From Macrostomum lignano (Eukaryota), in NCBI GenBank assembly GCA_002269645.1, contig NIVC01000172.1, positions 520,558 through 584,557 on the forward strand: 64,000 nt of DNA. The letters run 5' to 3'. The notes beneath the pieces were generated by a model that was given only the letters and a program-made list of their open reading frames with translations, ran no database searches and was not told the DNA's origin. The position numbers were made by a program, and so were the translations under genes. Below, one piece after another: positions 60,513 to 64,000 of this stretch (positions within the stretch are counted from its first letter, which is position 1; the number at the start of each line of letters is the position of its first letter).

Positions 60513-63011
60513 TCAGGCGCTCCGGGGACGTCGAACTCGCGACGAATCGCGCAGAGACCCGTCGATCTCAGGGTCTCCAGGAGCAGCCAGGTTTGGCGGC
60601 TCGTCCACGGCCGGCATCGCAGCTTCCGGCTCAGGCGCGGCCTTGGCGTCGGTAGCACCGTCTGTCACGCCAGCCCCGGTAGGCCGCGGCTGCTCAGGAC
60701 CACCGCGGACATGGTCAACGTGCCGCCGCACCACTCGGTCGTCGCCATCGAAGCCGCACAGGTAGGAGGCCGGACCGGCGGCACCGACAACTCGCGCCGG
60801 CTTCCACTGACCTCCGTTGGCTCCAAAGTCTCTGGCCAGTACAGCGTCTCCAGTCTCGAAGGTCCGGAACCGAGCTTTGCAGTCGTGGTGCTCTTTTTGC
60901 TGATTTTGCTTACGCTGTACTCTTGCTCCCAGGTCTGGCCGAGCTCGATCTAGCAACGTGCACAGGCACCGTCCCATCAGGAGTTCGCAGGGAGCCACAC
61001 CAGTTGTCGCATGCGGAGTGACTCGGTAGCTCAGCAGGAACCGGGCGACCTTGTCCTCCAAGGAGCCTTCGCGCTGCTTCCCCAGGGACCGCTTCAGCGT
61101 CTGGACAGCTCGTTCCGCCAGGCCTTTGGACGCCGGATGATAGGGAGCAACGCGCACGTGCTGAATGCCGTTCTTCTGGAGAAAGTCGGACATCTCCTCG
61201 CTGACCAAGTTGGGCCCATTGTCCGACACCAGCACATCTGGCAACCCGTGCGTCGCGAAGCTGGAGCAGAGTTTCTGGATGGTGACAGCTGAGGTCGCTG
61301 ACGTCATCACATGCACATCCAGCCACTTTGAATGGGCATCGACGACAACCAGCAGCATCTTGCCAGACACCGGACCCGCATAGTCGATACGCACTCGAGA
61401 CCACGGTCGGTCAGGCCACGGCCATGACAACATTGGCGAAGGCGCCGGGGCGTTCTGCAACTCCTGACAGTCGGAGCAGGCCTTGGCCAGGTTTTCAATC
61501 TCCGAGTCTAATCCTGGCCACCAGAAATAACCTCGGGCTAACGTCTTCATGCGAGACGCCCCCGCATGACCTTGATGCAGCACCTGGAGCAGTGCAGTTC
61601 GCGCTCCAACCGGGACCACCACTCGAGCGCCCCACAGGAGGCAGCCGTCTTGCACACTGAGCTCAGCCGCTCTCTTGGAGTATGGCAGCAGATCGTCACT
61701 GACCCGCTCTGGCCAGCCGATTTGCGTGAAGTGCAGAGCTCGGGCTAGTGTGGGGTCCCTTCGAGTCAGGCCGCGTATCTGAGCTGCCGTGACAGGTCCA
61801 TCGTCCAGGTGGTCCATCAGCATGACCAGCTCTGCCAGCTTCGGGACCGTCGCCGGCTTGCCGGGCAGCGGCAGGCGACTCAGGGCATCGGCGCATAGCA
61901 GTGAGGCTCCGGCTCGGTGAACCATGCGGTAGTTTTTGCCAGACAGCAGCAGAGCCCACCTCTGAATTCTTCCAGATGCCAGGGCCGGCACGGCCTTGTT
62001 CTCAGCAAGCAATCCAAGCAGAGGTTTGTGGTCACTCACCAGCAGAAATGGGCGGCCGAACAGGTACGCGTTGAACTTCTTGACCGCAAACACTACAGCG
62101 AGGGCTTCCTTCTCGAGCTGCGAGTAGTTTTTCTCAGCGTCGTGCAACGTACGCGAGGCAAAGGCCACAGGCCGGACAGCTCCATCGATCCTGTGGCTGA
62201 TGACCGCGCCCAGACCGTATGGGGACGCATCGCACTCGAGCAGCAGGTCTTCGCTCGGGTCAAAGTGCGCCAATACCGGAGGCGAAGACAGCAGGGCCTT
62301 GCACTTCTCGAAAGCGGCGTTCTGAGCAGCGCCCCAGTTACAGCGGTGTTGCTCGCGCAGCAGCAGGTGCAGCGGTGCCAGGACTTGAGACAAATTAGGC
62401 AGGAACTTGCCATAGTAGTTCACCATGCCTAGGAAGCTGCGCAGCTGAGTTGCGTCCTTGGGAGCTGGAGCGCTGACAATTGCCTCGACCTTGTCTTTGA
62501 TCGGGTGCAGGCCGTCGGCATCGATGCGGTGACCGAGATAACTGATGCTCGTCTGCATGAACTGGCACTTCTCCAGTTTGCACCGGAGGCCACTCTGGCT
62601 CAGCTTCTCCAGAACCTGCTCCAGGGAGTTCAGATGACTGCTGTCGTCCTTCCCGGTGATGATGAGGTCATCGATGAAGCAGGCGGTGCTGGTGATTCCT
62701 TGCAGCAAGCAGTCCATCCGGCGCTGAAAAATCCCGACCGCTGGCGAGACACCGAAGGGCAGCCGCGTGTACCGAAGCAGCCCTTTGTGCGTATTGATCG
62801 TGCAGACTTCCTGGGAGGCCTCATCGAGTGGCAGCTGCATGTACGCCTGCGACAAGTCGAGCTTAGTGAAGAGCCGCCCACCAGTCAGCTTCGCGAACAG
62901 CTCTTCGATCCGCGGCAGAGGATACGAGTCGGGCTCCACGTTCGGGTTGACGGTCTGCTTGAAGTCGGCGCAGACCCTCACAGAGCCGTCGGACTTGAGC
63001 ACTGGCACCAC
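60513..63011 (-). CDS. pol: Pol (5'-truncated): reverse transcriptase, RNase H, integrase
   Basis: VPVLKSDGSVRVCADFK; YPLPRIEELF; LDLSQAY; RLPFG; FIDD; LECDASPYGLGAV; NYSQLEKEALA; HQGH...CSDC; IDYAGP...SDNGP...AERAVQTLK. Confidence 0.95.
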   Translation of the reverse strand: MVPVLKSDGSVRVCADFKQTVNPNVEPDSYPLPRIEELFAKLTGGRLFTKLDLSQAYMQLPLDEASQEVCTINTHKGLLRYTRLPFGVSPAVGIFQRRMDCLLQGITSTACFIDDLIITGKDDSSHLNSLEQVLEKLSQSGLRCKLEKCQFMQTSISYLGHRIDADGLHPIKDKVEAIVSAPAPKDATQLRSFLGMVNYYGKFLPNLSQVLAPLHLLLREQHRCNWGAAQNAAFEKCKALLSSPPVLAHFDPSEDLLLECDASPYGLGAVISHRIDGAVRPVAFASRTLHDAEKNYSQLEKEALAVVFAVKKFNAYLFGRPFLLVSDHKPLLGLLAENKAVPALASGRIQRWALLLSGKNYRMVHRAGASLLCADALSRLPLPGKPATVPKLAELVMLMDHLDDGPVTAAQIRGLTRRDPTLARALHFTQIGWPERVSDDLLPYSKRAAELSVQDGCLLWGARVVVPVGARTALLQVLHQGHAGASRMKTLARGYFWWPGLDSEIENLAKACSDCQELQNAPAPSPMLSWPWPDRPWSRVRIDYAGPVSGKMLLVVVDAHSKWLDVHVMTSATSAVTIQKLCSSFATHGLPDVLVSDNGPNLVSEEMSDFLQKNGIQHVRVAPYHPASKGLAERAVQTLKRSLGKQREGSLEDKVARFLLSYRVTPHATTGVAPCELLMGRCLCTLLDRARPDLGARVQRKQNQQKEHHDCKARFRTFETGDAVLARDFGANGGQWKPARVVGAAGPASYLCGFDGDDRVVRRHVDHVRGGPEQPRPTGAGVTDGATDAKAAPEPEAAMPAVDEPPNLAAPGDPEIDGSLRDSSRVRRPRSA

Positions 63012-63490
63012 CGGCGGGCTCCGCCAGTGAGATCGGGCTCCGCCAGCAGCCGCCGCTGAGCGCTGTCGTTGTTGATTCCCAGCACCAGCCTGTCGCGAAG
63101 CATCGAAGTTAGGCTGTCGCCAAACTTGCAGTCGCGAGCCAGGTCTCGGAGGTCTGCGACAAAGTCCGCGACGCCCTCACCTTCCCTGCAATTTCTGGTG
63201 TGGAATCGGTAACGATGGACGATCTCGGACTCCTCAGGCTCGAAATGGCTCTTCAGTGCTTCGCAAATTTCAATGTAGCTCTTGGCTGATGGCTGTGCAG
63301 GAGACAGAAGACTGAAGGCCAGACGGAAGACTTTCTTGCCACATGAACTCAGCAGAATCGCTCGCTTTTTCGCTTCCTCAGTGACGTCATTGGCAACAAA
63401 ATATTGTTCTAACCTTGCTTGGTACATATGCCACGGCTCAGAGCCTTCTTCGTATGGGCCGACAAGCCCTAGTGCACTTGCACTACTCAT
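62978..63490 (-). CDS. gag: Gag N-terminal fragment
   Basis: WHMYQARLEQYFVAN...KKRAILLS...YRFHTRN...FVADLRDLARDCKFG...LRDRLVLGI...RRLLAEPDLT, then an aberrant tail. Confidence 0.9.
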   Translation of the reverse strand: MSSASALGLVGPYEEGSEPWHMYQARLEQYFVANDVTEEAKKRAILLSSCGKKVFRLAFSLLSPAQPSAKSYIEICEALKSHFEPEESEIVHRYRFHTRNCREGEGVADFVADLRDLARDCKFGDSLTSMLRDRLVLGINNDSAQRRLLAEPDLTGGARRWCQCSSPTAL

Positions 63491-63510
63491 TTGCGCAGGG
63501 TCGTTTCAGT

Positions 63511-63520
63511 CTCGTCGCCA
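63511..63520 (-). other. Primer-binding site
   Basis: TGGCGACGAG one nt inside the 5' LTR; complementary to a tRNA 3' end CTCGTCGCCA (as in tRNA-Ser(GCU)). Confidence 0.85.
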
Positions 63521-63521
63521 C

Positions 63522-63693
63522 TGTGAAAACTCCACTTCGGGGGTAAGACCCCCCCAAGGCAGAGAGCTTGTATTTAATATAGCTGGCCAACAATAAAGGT
63601 TGTCTGACAAAGCGTCAGCCAATCACACGCGCGCCAGACAATCACATGTACATTACACTGAGCAGAGCCACTCAACAGACCCACGCTACCACA
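63522..63693 (-). repeat. 5' LTR (172 bp)
   Basis: TG...CA ends; ATTGG and TATATTAAATA on the minus strand. Confidence 0.95.
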
Positions 63694-63720
63694 GTTACCA
63701 CGCTACCACGCTACCACGCT

Positions 63721-64000
<280 letters not shown>

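Larger units (their letters stand above)
60059..63693 (-). mobile_element. Ty3/Gypsy LTR retrotransposon, internally deleted
   Basis: Two TG...CA LTRs, PBS, PPT, gag fragment, and pol in RT-RNaseH-integrase order. Confidence 0.97.

Noticed and set aside
60056-63696. 3-bp gtt target-site duplication for the Gypsy element
   Set aside because: Shorter than the usual 4-6 bp and likely chance in GT-rich flanks.

Overview
Eukaryotic, repeat-rich invertebrate genomic DNA: GT-AG introns, TTAGGG-type repeats and very dense minisatellites. A Macrostomum-like flatworm is plausible but cannot be proven from the sequence. Three main components. (1) 1-3.7 kb, minus strand: the 5' part of a Helentron-type rolling-circle transposon gene (14-aa tandem repeat, OTU protease, Cys finger/DUF6570-like region, HUH Rep), split by two frameshifts and running off the left edge. 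(2) 7.6-55.7 kb, minus strand: an alpha-type neurexin gene that I reconstruct as 15 phase-compatible coding exons (about 1396 aa: signal peptide, LNS2-LNS3-EGF-LNS4-LNS5-EGF-LNS6, Cys-loop stalk, TM, KEWYV PDZ tail). It has one apparent 1-bp frameshift near 43445 and no LNS1-EGF1 in the window. Its introns hold more than 25 different tandem arrays, a 31-bp-TIR MITE, a 5-kb TIR-bounded element with a higher-order array, and a telomere-repeat-bearing foldback element. (3) 60.06-63.69 kb, minus strand: a Ty3/Gypsy LTR retrotransposon with PBS, PPT and both LTRs, plus an internal gag-protease deletion. No tRNA, rRNA or CRISPR array was found. Most long ORFs in the track are artefacts of tandem repeats.
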